A DNA stretch of 64,000 nt from Geobacteraceae bacterium (lineage in GTDB: Bacteria; Desulfobacterota; Desulfuromonadia; Geobacterales; Pseudopelobacteraceae), in NCBI GenBank assembly GCA_036732725.1, contig DAINBV010000012.1, forward strand, positions 13,524 to 77,523. The letters are read 5' to 3'. Both the position numbers and the translations under genes were made by a program. The notes beneath the pieces are model-generated. The model worked only from the letters and a program-made list of their open reading frames with translations, searched no databases and was not told where the DNA came from. The stretch's first letter is position 1; every line of letters begins with the position of its first letter. Of the stretch, positions 1 to 9,448 are shown one piece after another.

Positions 1-194
1 CCATCTATTTTCTGGAAGGGTATCTGATCAAACCGCTGGTGTTCAAAAAATCCATGAACCTCAACCCACTGGTAACCATTATCATGGTCATGGCGCTGGG
101 GGAATTGCTCGGTTTCTGGGGGATTTTGCTGGCGCTGCCGATTGCCGCTGCCATTAAAATCACCTGGGGACACCTGATCAAGGGTGATTTTTAA
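1..194 (+). CDS. AI-2E family (PerM/YhhT-like) transporter, C-terminal fragment; 5' end lies outside the window
   Basis: Open frame from nt 3 to TAA at 192-194 translates to [63 protein letters not shown], a hydrophobic terminal TM segment typical of AI-2E permeases. It is absent from the ORF track because there is no start codon in the window. Confidence 0.5.
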   Translation, partial: IYFLEGYLIKPLVFKKSMNLNPLVTIIMVMALGELLGFWGILLALPIAAAIKITWGHLIKGDF

Positions 195-2418
195 GCCAGG
201 AAAGAACATCTCCATGAACTCTCCCACCGAACATACTCCAATCAGCAGCGCGGAACTGACCTTTGGCGTACGCGGTCTCCACTGCGCCTCCTGCGTCGGA
301 CGCCTGGAAAAAAAGCTGCGGGAAGACGCCGCTATCTCGGTCGCCATCGTCAATCTGGCGACCGAAACCGGCTTTGTCCGCTATGACCAACAACAACTCT
401 CGCCGGAGCAAGTTTTTGAACTGGTGACAGCTGCCGGCTACACCCCGGTGGCGCCGGCTGAAGCCGAACAGGCCGGAGCCAACGAAGAGCGGCGCGACCG
501 GATCTGGCTGATTCTCTCCCTGGCCGCCTCCATTCCGATCATGATCACCATGGGGCGGCACGGCAATCATGCCATCATGCAGCTCAACCTGCTGCTGGCG
601 ACCGTGGTACAGTTTACCGCCGGCCTCACCTTTTACCGCGGCAGCTGGAACGCCCTCAAAAACAAGAGCGCCAACATGGATCTGCTGGTGGCGTTGGGAA
701 CTTCGGCAGCCTACTTCTATTCCCTGGCAGCCTATTTCGGCATGCTGGGAAACCGGCAGGAGGTTTTTTTCGAGACCTCAGCCATGCTGATCGCCTTTAT
801 CCGGCTCGGCAAGTACCTGGAAACCAGGGCCCGGGGCAAAGCGGGAGAAGCGTTGCGGAAACTGCTGCACCTGCAACCGGATATGGCGCATCTGTTCACG
901 GAGCAGGGAGAACAGGACGTTCCCGTATCCCTGCTGCGGGTTGGCGATCTGGTAAGCGTCCGTCCGGGTGAAGCGATCCCGGTGGATGGCGAGGTAGTTG
1001 CCGGTTCGGCGGCGGTGGATGAAGCGATGTTGACCGGCGAAGCACTGCCGGTGCTTAAAAAGGCCGGTGATCCGGTTACCGGCGCCACCATCAACAAAAA
1101 CGGCGTCCTGACCGTCCGGGCCAGCCGGATTGGCGAGGAGACCGTCCTGGCCCAGATCATTGCCATGGTGCAGACCGCCCAGGGAGACAAGGCGCCGATC
1201 CAGCGCTTTGCCGATACCGTGTCAGCCTGGTTCGTACCGGTGGTGGTGCTGCTCTCCCTGGCAACTTTTTTTGTCTGGCACTCCACACTGCAAGCAGACT
1301 TCCTGACCGCCTTCAAATTTGCCATCGCCGTGGTGGTGATTGCCTGCCCCTGTGCCATGGGACTGGCGACCCCGACCGCCATCATGGTCGGCAGCGGCAT
1401 TGCGCTCCGCCGCGGTATTCTGGTTAAAAAAGGGTCGGCCCTGGAAGCGATCGCCGGCCTTGACATCCTGCTGCTGGACAAAACAGGCACCATTACCACT
1501 GGAGCGCCGGCCATGACCGATCTGATTCCGGTTAGCCGCGCTGTTGATCCCCACAAACTGTTTGAATGCCTGGCAGCGGCCGAAGCAGGGTCGACCCATC
1601 CGCTGGCCCAGGCGGCAGTCGCCGCTGCGCTGGAAGCAGGAATCCAGCCGGGAGCAGTCGAGGATCTGGTTGAACGTGGCGGTTACGGCATTACCTGCAG
1701 TTACGAAGAGGTCACGCTGACGGTCGGCAACCGGCGCTTGATGGAAGAAGCAGACATCGATCTGTCCCCCCTGGCAGCCAAGGCAGCCCCACTCTTGGCA
1801 GCCGGAAAATCGCTGATCTATATCGCCGCCGCTCATGCGCTGGTCGGGGTAGCAGCCTTTGCCGACACGGTCAAACCGGGCGCAGCCGCTGCAATTGCCG
1901 ACCTCAAACGGCTCGGCATCCAGGTTGCCATGCTGACCGGTGACCACGCCGATGGCGCTGCCCAGGTTGCGCGTCAGGTCGGCATTGAGCACTTTGAGGC
2001 CGATCTGTTGCCAGGAGGAAAACAGGAAATTGTCAAACGGTATCAGTTGCAAGGGAAGCGGGTCGGCATGGTGGGAGACGGGATCAATGATGCCCCCGCA
2101 CTGGCCCAGGCCGAGGTGGGAATCGCCATTGGCGGCGGCACCGACATCGCCAATGAAACCGGCGACCTGGTGCTGATGCGGGACGACCTGCAGGATGTGG
2201 TACGGGCCATGGTGATCGGACAGCGGACCCTGGCAAAGATCAAACAGAACCTGTTCTGGGCACTGTTCTACAACGTACTCGGCATACCGTTGGCAGCCGG
2301 CCTGTTCTCACGCTACGGCCTGACACTCAAACCGGAATTTGCCGGACTGGCCATGGCATTTTCATCGGTGTCGGTGGTGCTGAATTCATTGACTTTGAAA
2401 CGTTTGGAGAAGGAATAA
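184..2418 (+). CDS. copA: Copper-translocating P1B-type ATPase
   Basis: N-terminal HMA domain with [15 protein letters not shown] (CxxC). Also TM CPC motif ([13 protein letters not shown]), DKTGT phosphorylation site, and GDGINDAP hinge. The GTG at 184 overlaps the upstream gene; ATG at 214 (MNSPTEH) is an alternative start. Confidence 0.92.
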   Translation: MIFKPGKNISMNSPTEHTPISSAELTFGVRGLHCASCVGRLEKKLREDAAISVAIVNLATETGFVRYDQQQLSPEQVFELVTAAGYTPVAPAEAEQAGANEERRDRIWLILSLAASIPIMITMGRHGNHAIMQLNLLLATVVQFTAGLTFYRGSWNALKNKSANMDLLVALGTSAAYFYSLAAYFGMLGNRQEVFFETSAMLIAFIRLGKYLETRARGKAGEALRKLLHLQPDMAHLFTEQGEQDVPVSLLRVGDLVSVRPGEAIPVDGEVVAGSAAVDEAMLTGEALPVLKKAGDPVTGATINKNGVLTVRASRIGEETVLAQIIAMVQTAQGDKAPIQRFADTVSAWFVPVVVLLSLATFFVWHSTLQADFLTAFKFAIAVVVIACPCAMGLATPTAIMVGSGIALRRGILVKKGSALEAIAGLDILLLDKTGTITTGAPAMTDLIPVSRAVDPHKLFECLAAAEAGSTHPLAQAAVAAALEAGIQPGAVEDLVERGGYGITCSYEEVTLTVGNRRLMEEADIDLSPLAAKAAPLLAAGKSLIYIAAAHALVGVAAFADTVKPGAAAAIADLKRLGIQVAMLTGDHADGAAQVARQVGIEHFEADLLPGGKQEIVKRYQLQGKRVGMVGDGINDAPALAQAEVGIAIGGGTDIANETGDLVLMRDDLQDVVRAMVIGQRTLAKIKQNLFWALFYNVLGIPLAAGLFSRYGLTLKPEFAGLAMAFSSVSVVLNSLTLKRLEKE

Positions 2419-2735
2419 TGGAGGAATGGTCAACGGAATGGGAACAGCGCTGCAGCGGCTGCGGCAGCTGCTGTTTTGAAAAGTATGAAAACGAGCGGGG
2501 AACCATCTTCTACACCCAGACCGCCTGCCGCTATCTGGACGTCATCACCCGCCAATGCCGGATCTATGAAAACCGTTTTTCCATCAATCCCGATTGCGTC
2601 AAACTGACTCCGCAGCTGGTGGCAACCTTGAACTGGCTGCCGGTCGATTGCGGCTACCGCCGTGCCCTTGCTCCAGAAATCAATCTCCCCCCGCGCCCGG
2701 ATTCCCGTAAACGGCACAGGGGGAGGAAACATTGA
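2418..2735 (+). CDS. YcgN/YkgJ-type cysteine-cluster protein (UPF0260-like)
   Basis: CSGCGSCCFEKYENE...ACRYLD...CRIYENRF...PDCVKLT...WLP..CGYR closely parallels E. coli YcgN (CDGCGQCCLHK...ACRQL...CRNYERRF..PDCIKLT). The start ATG overlaps the copA TAA by 1 nt (TAATG). Confidence 0.7.
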   Translation: MEEWSTEWEQRCSGCGSCCFEKYENERGTIFYTQTACRYLDVITRQCRIYENRFSINPDCVKLTPQLVATLNWLPVDCGYRRALAPEINLPPRPDSRKRHRGRKH

Positions 2736-2746
2736 AATGCAATTAA

Positions 2747-2885
2747 TCCACTAAGTACACGAAGCGACACGAATAAAATCAAACTATTTTGAGCGAAACA
2801 ACGACAACCAATCGGGTGAAGACCTGATGTCTTGTAATGGTTTGATTCTTCGTAAGACTTCGTGTCCTTCGTGGACAACTTTTTT
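2747..2885. repeat. Long imperfect inverted repeat (38-nt and 36-nt arms, 55-nt spacer) followed by a T6 run; REP-like element and/or bidirectional terminator between convergent genes
   Basis: The left arm TCCACTAAGTACACGAAGCGACACGAATAAAATCAAAC (2747-2784) aligns with the reverse complement of the right arm, TCCACGAAGGACACGAAGTCTTACGAAGAATCAAAC (2840-2875). Each arm contains an internally reiterated (A)CACGAAG unit. TTTTTT lies at 2880-2885. Confidence 0.55.
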
Positions 2886-2903
2886 GGGCTGGGTTACCGG
2901 TTT

Positions 2904-3131
2904 CTACCGGCAACAGCCGCCGTTTTTCGGAAAGCGCGGCACTCCCAGCTTGGCCAGAATATTGAACATCGGGCAGAACTGGGTGAAGCCGGACTGGAAC
3001 AGATTTAGCCCCACAAAACCGGTGAACCAGAGCCAGTTCTGGGAATGAAAATGTGCCAGCAGCAGTGAAAGCACGATAAATGAACCGGCAACGATCCTGA
3101 CTATCCGTTCAATGTAAAATTCTTCCTTCAT
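2904..3131 (-). CDS. DUF2892 (YgaP-like) small inner-membrane protein
   Basis: 75 aa with two hydrophobic helices and the characteristic GFVGLNLFQSGFTQFCPMFNILAKLG (CP...LG) signature. Confidence 0.65.
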   Translation of the reverse strand: MKEEFYIERIVRIVAGSFIVLSLLLAHFHSQNWLWFTGFVGLNLFQSGFTQFCPMFNILAKLGVPRFPKNGGCCR

Positions 3132-3143
3132 GATGTTCTCCTC

Positions 3144-3569
3144 TTAGTGTTGACTCAGCATTTCCGCTATTTTGCCCGCCACCCGGCCGGTCAGATCCGG
3201 ACACTCGCCCGGGTGGGTCTGACGGATCGTTTTACAACAGGTCACCCCGTACTCCCCCTTGAACCATTCGTGCAGCTCCCGGGTCAGATGGGTGGTCGCT
3301 TTTTTGTCGTTCAGTACCAGGCCGATGGCAACAGTACCGCCGGACACGGCGCCACAGATACAGCCTGACCCGGAACCGCCGCCAAAACCGCCGACCGTAG
3401 CCACCACCCCCTCCGGAGCATCCGGCAGGTAGTGTCGGCGTAGCGCTTCCAGCACCGCTTCGGCGCAATGATATTTACCCGAACGATACAACTCCTCCGC
3501 CTCACGACGGCATACCTCACCCAACTCAACTCCTGCTTCTGTTGGTACTGCTTTTTTCGACCAGAACAT
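3144..3569 (-). CDS. C_GCAxxG_C_C family putative redox protein
   Basis: YHCAEAV..., GGGSGSGCICGAVSGG (GCxxGAxxG core), CCKTI and GECP cysteines match the family-defining spacing. Confidence 0.75.
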   Translation of the reverse strand: MFWSKKAVPTEAGVELGEVCRREAEELYRSGKYHCAEAVLEALRRHYLPDAPEGVVATVGGFGGGSGSGCICGAVSGGTVAIGLVLNDKKATTHLTRELHEWFKGEYGVTCCKTIRQTHPGECPDLTGRVAGKIAEMLSQH

Positions 3570-3585
3570 CGCAACCTCTCATGTG

Positions 3586-6500
3586 TTAATCTTCGGCCAA
3601 GCGGCCGGAATTATGTTTCTCTTTCCAGTTTTGCACCATGTAGTACAGAATCGGGATGGTCACCCGTGACAGGGTGGTGGAAGCGATCTCACCAAACATC
3701 ATGGCCAGCGCCAAACCCTGGAAAATCGGGTCGAACAGGATCACGAAACTCCCCACCACTACCGCTGCGCCGGTCAGAAGCATGGGGCGAAAACGAACAG
3801 CCCCCGCCTCGATTATTGCCTGGTCCAGCGCCATTCCTTCGCGCCGTTTCATCTCGGCAAAATCAATCAGGATAATCGAGTTACGCACAATAATCCCGGC
3901 CAGGGCAATAAAGCCGATCATGGAGGTAGCGGTAAAAAAGGCACCAAAAAGGGCGTGTCCCGGCAGGATTCCGATCAGGGTCAACGGGATCGGCGCCATG
4001 ATCACCAGCGGAGTGGTGAAATCCTTGAACCATGCCACCACCAGGATGTAGATCAACACCATGACCGCTCCAAAGGCAATCCCCAGATCGCGGAATACTT
4101 CGTAAGTGATATGCCACTCACCATCCCACTTCATCCCCAGCTTCTCCTCGCTCCACGGCTGACGCGAGGCGAGCACCTCGATCTTGGAACCATCGGGATT
4201 GGCAAGCGCACCGATTTCCTTCTGCATCTTCAGGATGGCGTACACCGGTGCTTCGATCTCCCCGGCCACATCGCCGATCACGTAGACCACATCTTTCAGG
4301 TTCTTGCGATACAAGGTTTTCTCTTCAGTACCAGTGCTGATCCGTACCAACTGGGAGAGCGGCACCGTCCCTTTGGAGCCGCTGACGTTAATCGATGCCA
4401 GGGCAGCGTTGGAACTCCTTCCACCCACCGGCAATCGCAGGTTGATAGTGACCGGTTCTTTTTCTTTCGGCAGGTGCAGCAACCCCATATTCTCCCCATG
4501 CAACGCCAACGCCAGCGTACGGGCCACATCCTCCACCGCCACCCCGGAAAGGGCCGCTTTCTGCCGATCAACGATGAAGGAGGCCTTGGACTGGTCATCC
4601 TCACGATACATATCAACATCCACCACACCGACGGTCTTCTTGAGAATATCGCGCACCTTGCCGGCGGCAGTTGCCCTGGCGCCATCATCAGGTCCGTAGA
4701 TTTCCGCCACCAGGGTTGCCAGCACCGGCGGACCGGGCGGTATCTCGGCAACTTTCACCCGGGCGCCGTATTTATCCGCCACCGCTTTAACCAGCGGCCT
4801 AATCCGCTTGGCAATCTCGTGGGACTGGTCCTTGCGCTGTTCCTTGTGCAGCAGGTTCACCTGGATATCAGCCAGATTACTCCCCTTGCGCAGGTAATAG
4901 TGCCGTACCAGCCCGTTAAAATTGAACGGCGCGCTGGTTCCCACGTACATCTGGAAATTGACTACCTCCGGCACACCCCGCAGGGTATCCCCCATTTCCC
5001 GCGCCATGCGGGCAGTCTGTTCCAGCGGTGTGCCATCCGGCGCGTCGATGATCACCTGCAACTCGTTCTTGTTGTCGAACGGCAGCATCTTGACCGTGAC
5101 TGCCTTGAAGTAAATCAGGGAACAGGAGAGGAGCAACAGCAGCACCACTGCCGTCAGAAAACCGTAACGCAGTGGCTTGCGATGGATCAACAGCCCCATC
5201 CAGTGCCGGTAGAAAGCAGTCAAACGGGAATCCTGCGGCGCTTCATGGCTGGTATGGTGCGACTCATTCTTCATGAAACGGAAAGCAAAATAGGGGGTGA
5301 CAATAAAGGCAATCAGCATGGAGAAGATCATGGCCATGCTGGCGCCGACCGGAATCGGACGCATGTACGGCCCCATCAGTCCACCCACGAATCCCATGGG
5401 GAGAATCGAGGCAATTACGGCAAAGGTCGCCAGCACTGTCGGATTGCCGATCTCATCCACCGCCTTGATGGCAGCTTCCAGCGGTTTCATCACCGTGGTG
5501 GTAAAGTAGCGGTGGATATTTTCCACCACCACAATCGCGTCATCGACCAGAATGCCGATGGAGAAGATCAAGGCAAACAGGGTTATCCGGTTGAGGGTAT
5601 AGCCGATCAGGTAGAAAATCAGCATGGTCAGCGCCAGGGTCACCGGAATGGCGATGGCCGCCACTGCTCCGGCGCGCCACCCCATGAAGAGCGCAATCAG
5701 GATCGTGACCGAGATGGCTGCCAGGAACATATGGAACAGCAGCTCGTTGTTCTTCTCCTTAGCGGTTTCTCCGTAGTTGCGGGTAACGGTGACCTGTACG
5801 TCGGACGGGATCAACGTACCTTTCAGCGCTTCAACTTTTTTGATCAGGTCTTCCGCCACCCAGGTGGCGTTGGCTCCCTTTCGTTTTGCCACGGAAATCG
5901 TGACCGCCGGGTAATCGGCGATTTTGTTATAGGATTCATAGGAACTATGGGACGTAGTGGACCGTTTGCCTGAACCTAACCCGAAAAAGACATAATCCGT
6001 CGGCTCACTCAGTCCATCCTCGACCTTGGCAACATCGGCGAGATAGACCGGCTTACCATTGGAGACGCCGATCACCACCCGTTTGACCGCCTCGCTATCG
6101 TTGAGGAAACCAGCCGTATCCACCAGCACTTCCCGGTTGCCTTCACTGAAGGAACCGGCCGGGAGAGAACTGTTCCCCTTTTGCAGCGCACCGGCCACTA
6201 CCAGCGGCGAAAGGCCGTAGCCGGCCAGACGGGGGGCATCAAGGGTCACCTTCAACCGACGAGAAAGCCCCCCCTTGATTTCCACTTCCGCGCTGTCCGG
6301 GCTTTTCTTCAGTTGATCGGCCACTTCCCGGGCCAGCATCCGCAGTGTGCCATGATCATAGCGCTGCGACCAGAGCGTCAGCGCCAGAATCGGCACATCA
6401 TCAATCGACTTGGGCGCCACCAGCGGTTCCCCAGCCCCCGCCGGGAGGAGGGTGCGATTGCTCATAATCTTGTTGTACAGCTTGACCAGCGATTCTTCCA

Positions 6501-6819
6501 TCGGCTGGCCGACCAGAAAGCGCACCGTAATGATCCCCATGCCGGGACGGCTCATGGAGTAGAGGTATTCCACCCCCTTGATCTCCCATAGTTTGGCTTC
6601 AAACGGCTTGACCACCCGTTCCTGCACCTCCTGGGGGGAGGAACCGGGCAGGGGAAGATAAATGTCAACCATCGGCACCACAATCTGCGGTTCTTCCTCA
6701 CGGGGAGTCATCTTGACCGCAAACAGACCGAGCAGCAGCGCTGCCCCCACAATCAGCGGCGTCAGCTTGGAGTTGATAAAGGCATGGGCTATTTTTCCGG
6801 CAAATCCGAGCTGTTGCAT
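3586..6819 (-). CDS. Efflux RND transporter permease subunit (AcrB/HAE-type)
   Basis: About 1077 aa and 12-TM architecture, with two large periplasmic loops and typical N-terminus MQQLGFAGKIAHAFINSKLTPL. I prefer ATG at 6819 (RBS AAGGTGGA, 4 nt after the MFP stop) over the track start at 6864. Confidence 0.9.
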   Translation of the reverse strand: MQQLGFAGKIAHAFINSKLTPLIVGAALLLGLFAVKMTPREEEPQIVVPMVDIYLPLPGSSPQEVQERVVKPFEAKLWEIKGVEYLYSMSRPGMGIITVRFLVGQPMEESLVKLYNKIMSNRTLLPAGAGEPLVAPKSIDDVPILALTLWSQRYDHGTLRMLAREVADQLKKSPDSAEVEIKGGLSRRLKVTLDAPRLAGYGLSPLVVAGALQKGNSSLPAGSFSEGNREVLVDTAGFLNDSEAVKRVVIGVSNGKPVYLADVAKVEDGLSEPTDYVFFGLGSGKRSTTSHSSYESYNKIADYPAVTISVAKRKGANATWVAEDLIKKVEALKGTLIPSDVQVTVTRNYGETAKEKNNELLFHMFLAAISVTILIALFMGWRAGAVAAIAIPVTLALTMLIFYLIGYTLNRITLFALIFSIGILVDDAIVVVENIHRYFTTTVMKPLEAAIKAVDEIGNPTVLATFAVIASILPMGFVGGLMGPYMRPIPVGASMAMIFSMLIAFIVTPYFAFRFMKNESHHTSHEAPQDSRLTAFYRHWMGLLIHRKPLRYGFLTAVVLLLLLSCSLIYFKAVTVKMLPFDNKNELQVIIDAPDGTPLEQTARMAREMGDTLRGVPEVVNFQMYVGTSAPFNFNGLVRHYYLRKGSNLADIQVNLLHKEQRKDQSHEIAKRIRPLVKAVADKYGARVKVAEIPPGPPVLATLVAEIYGPDDGARATAAGKVRDILKKTVGVVDVDMYREDDQSKASFIVDRQKAALSGVAVEDVARTLALALHGENMGLLHLPKEKEPVTINLRLPVGGRSSNAALASINVSGSKGTVPLSQLVRISTGTEEKTLYRKNLKDVVYVIGDVAGEIEAPVYAILKMQKEIGALANPDGSKIEVLASRQPWSEEKLGMKWDGEWHITYEVFRDLGIAFGAVMVLIYILVVAWFKDFTTPLVIMAPIPLTLIGILPGHALFGAFFTATSMIGFIALAGIIVRNSIILIDFAEMKRREGMALDQAIIEAGAVRFRPMLLTGAAVVVGSFVILFDPIFQGLALAMMFGEIASTTLSRVTIPILYYMVQNWKEKHNSGRLAED

Positions 6820-6823
6820 AGTT

Positions 6824-7987
6824 CTATTCCACCTTTGCCCCGTCGCTGACCTTATCCACGCCACTCACCACCAGACGCTCACCATCGGAAAGACCGGAGA
6901 GGATTTCCACCTTGTCCGCCATAAACCTGCCCGCTTTCACGATCCGCATGCGGGCAATGTTGTGACTGTCCACAACCCAAACCAGCGTCATTGAGCCACG
7001 TTCAACCAGCGCCTGTTTCGGCACCAGCAGCCCCTTGAGCGATGTGCCAAGTTCAATGGCGGCACGACCGTACATCCCTGATTTTACCCCTTTTTGATCC
7101 AGGTTGACCTTGGCGATATACGTGCGGCTGACCGGATCGGCCGTCGGCACGACTTCGGCTACTTTGGCGTTCAGGGAACGCCCCAGCGCATCAATCATAA
7201 TCTGCACACGGGAACCGACCACCACCTTGCTGCTGGACGATTCGGGGATTGCCAGCTCCAGCTGGTAACTCCCCTGGTCCTCAATGGTCAATAACGGTTG
7301 CGCTGGAAAAACCGAAGCACCGAGATCAACCTGTTTTACGGTGACGATGCCGGAAATCGGCGCCACTATCCGGGTATAACCGGAGATGGTGGTGGCGCTG
7401 AGCGCCCCCTCCTGCGTCTGCTTCAAACGGGCCTTGGAGCGGGCAACCGCCTGTCCGGCCAGTTCTTTTTCGGTCTGCTTGATGTCAAACTCCTGACGAC
7501 TGATCGCCTGTTCGTTGAACAGATTCTGGTAGCGACTGTAGCTGATATCGGCCAGCCGCTGGCGGGCCAACGCTTCATCGACCCCGCGACGCGCCTCATC
7601 AATTCCCGCATTCGCCACCGCAGCCTGGGCCTGCTGTTCCTGGGCATCCAACTGCAGGAGCAGCATTCCCTTTTTGACCTGGTCACCTTCCCGTACCCGC
7701 AGCACGCTGACCGTACCGGCGACACGGGTGGAAATGATCGCGCTGGTCCGGGCGCGCACCGTGCCGACCACATCCAGCAACTCGGGAAACTCCCGAACCT
7801 TCACGGTTTCAACCGCGACCCCTTTGACAACAGCAGTCGGCGCTGCAGCAGGAGGTAGTTGCGCCTCATGCTGCTTGCTGCAACCAGTAACGATCAACAT
7901 CAGCACCATCAGCAAGAATAGTGACCGGGCTGATCGTTTTTCTCCAAAATTCCGTGATTCCCGGGTAACGTCATTCAGTTGTTTCAT
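6824..7987 (-). CDS. Efflux RND periplasmic adaptor (membrane fusion protein, HlyD/AcrA family)
   Basis: Lipoprotein-like signal (LIVTGCSK), coiled-coil hairpin region (QLDAQEQQAQAAVANAG...ARLKQTQ) and beta-barrel domain. ATGA overlap with the upstream TolC-like gene. Confidence 0.9.
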   Translation of the reverse strand: MKQLNDVTRESRNFGEKRSARSLFLLMVLMLIVTGCSKQHEAQLPPAAAPTAVVKGVAVETVKVREFPELLDVVGTVRARTSAIISTRVAGTVSVLRVREGDQVKKGMLLLQLDAQEQQAQAAVANAGIDEARRGVDEALARQRLADISYSRYQNLFNEQAISRQEFDIKQTEKELAGQAVARSKARLKQTQEGALSATTISGYTRIVAPISGIVTVKQVDLGASVFPAQPLLTIEDQGSYQLELAIPESSSSKVVVGSRVQIMIDALGRSLNAKVAEVVPTADPVSRTYIAKVNLDQKGVKSGMYGRAAIELGTSLKGLLVPKQALVERGSMTLVWVVDSHNIARMRIVKAGRFMADKVEILSGLSDGERLVVSGVDKVSDGAKVE

Positions 7988-9330
7988 TTCAGTATCTCCT
8001 TCAAAAACAGTCCGGCGGTATAATAGACCTGCCCACCAGCCAGGATCTGCTCTGCTTCGGCATCGGCCAGCGTACTGCGGCTCTGGTTCAACATTCCCCC
8101 GGCATCCAGCAGTTCCATCATGGTTGCCAGCGAATTCTCATACCGTTTTTTCACCAGCCGCACGGTTTCTTCGGCATCTGCCACGGCATGGCGCGCCATC
8201 TCCAGCCGCTTGAGCGACTCATCATGGCGTAGCAGCGCCTCCTGAATCTGCAGCGCAGTTTCACGGTTGGCCTGTTCCAGTTGTTCGCCGGCGGCACTCC
8301 GCAACGCCTCGGCACGGTCCCGCTGGTGGTAGCGTTTGAAACCGTCAAACAGCTGCCAGGATAACTGCACCCCGGCCAGCCAGGAATCGTTGTCATTCCC
8401 CAGCGGCAAATCGTGGCTGTTGAGCTGATAGGAGGCAAAGGCCCCCACGGTCGGCAAAAATGAACTGCGCGCCAGGCGGCGATTGGCATCCCCTTTTTGC
8501 TGTTCCAGCCGGGCCTGCTGCAGGTCGCTGCGATGTTCCCGCGCCGAAACCAGCAGTTGTCCGCTGTCAGCGGCCGGGTCAAGCGGCTTGAGAGCTGCAG
8601 TGATGGCAACTTCAGCGGCATTCGGCTCTCCCATCAACATTGCCAGCCGCATGCGCGCCAGGCGAAGCGAATTGCGAGCGGATAGCTGCTGTAGCTGGCG
8701 GGTGGAAAGCTCGGTCTGCGCCCGCAACTGATCTGATTTAAGTCCCGTACCGGCTGCGTTGCGAACCGTTGCCAGACGCAAATGTTCCTCGGCGTCACGC
8801 ACCCCCTGGTCTGCGGCCACCCGCTGCGCCTCCCCTTTCTGGATTGCCAGATACTGCTGGAATACCTGAAAGGCAACTGCTTCACGACTGGCCGTAACAG
8901 TCAGTTTCCCCTGGGTTGCCTCATAACCAGCCAGATCACGCTGAGGTGTGACCGCCGGATCATACAGCGGCTGCCGGATGGTAAGGGAAGTTTTGAAGTC
9001 GTGCTGGGTAGCGGGGTGATTGAGGCGGTTGGTCGCAAAATCGTCCTGGGTGAACCTTCCCTGGTCGAGCTTCATCATAAAGGTCTGGGTCGGCGCATTG
9101 GAAAGGGAGAGCGTTTCATCAAACTGTAACGAAGGGTAATAGGAAAGCGCGGCGATTGACCGGCTTTCCTCCGAGGCTTGTGCCAGATAACCGGCTGATT
9201 TTATGCGGTTGTTACTCTGCAACGCCTGGGCGATGGCCTGTGGCAGGGTAACCTGTTTGGGAACTTCTTCGGCATCTGCCCGGCTGACAACCATCAGCAG
9301 TAGCAGCGCCATGGATAGACCAATTTTCAC
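7984..9330 (-). CDS. TolC-family outer-membrane efflux protein
   Basis: Two repeats of the OEP coiled-coil pattern and a signal peptide. I prefer GTG at 9330 (VKIGLSMALLLLMVVSRADA/EE, RBS GGAGG 5 nt upstream). The track ATG at 9345 lies only about 9 nt from the predicted TSS. Confidence 0.85.
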   Translation of the reverse strand: MKIGLSMALLLLMVVSRADAEEVPKQVTLPQAIAQALQSNNRIKSAGYLAQASEESRSIAALSYYPSLQFDETLSLSNAPTQTFMMKLDQGRFTQDDFATNRLNHPATQHDFKTSLTIRQPLYDPAVTPQRDLAGYEATQGKLTVTASREAVAFQVFQQYLAIQKGEAQRVAADQGVRDAEEHLRLATVRNAAGTGLKSDQLRAQTELSTRQLQQLSARNSLRLARMRLAMLMGEPNAAEVAITAALKPLDPAADSGQLLVSAREHRSDLQQARLEQQKGDANRRLARSSFLPTVGAFASYQLNSHDLPLGNDNDSWLAGVQLSWQLFDGFKRYHQRDRAEALRSAAGEQLEQANRETALQIQEALLRHDESLKRLEMARHAVADAEETVRLVKKRYENSLATMMELLDAGGMLNQSRSTLADAEAEQILAGGQVYYTAGLFLKEILK

Positions 9331-9360
9331 CGTAACCTCCAGCATGCAAATATATCAAAA

Positions 9361-9389
9361 ATCATATATATTGCATTGCCGAATGTCAA
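9361..9389 (-). promoter_or_regulatory. Sigma-70-type promoter of the efflux operon
   Basis: The minus strand reads TTGACA (9389-9384), a 17-nt spacer, then TATGAT (9366-9361). An AT-rich imperfect palindrome TGCAA...TTGCA (9345-9375) overlaps the -10 and TSS. Confidence 0.5.
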
Positions 9390-9448
9390 GGCATTAAATC
9401 GAATCTCTACGAGTTACCGTTACTGTACCGGTCATCAGAGGGTTCCGA

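Noticed and set aside
732-2052. 274-aa and 276-aa minus-strand ORFs inside copA
   Set aside because: They are shadow ORFs of a high-GC gene. The copA frame carries all diagnostic P-type ATPase motifs.
3955-5973. 672-aa ORF on the plus strand
   Set aside because: It lies entirely antisense to the confidently identified RND permease. The translation is His/Arg/Gln/Gly-rich with no motifs, which is a typical high-GC shadow ORF.
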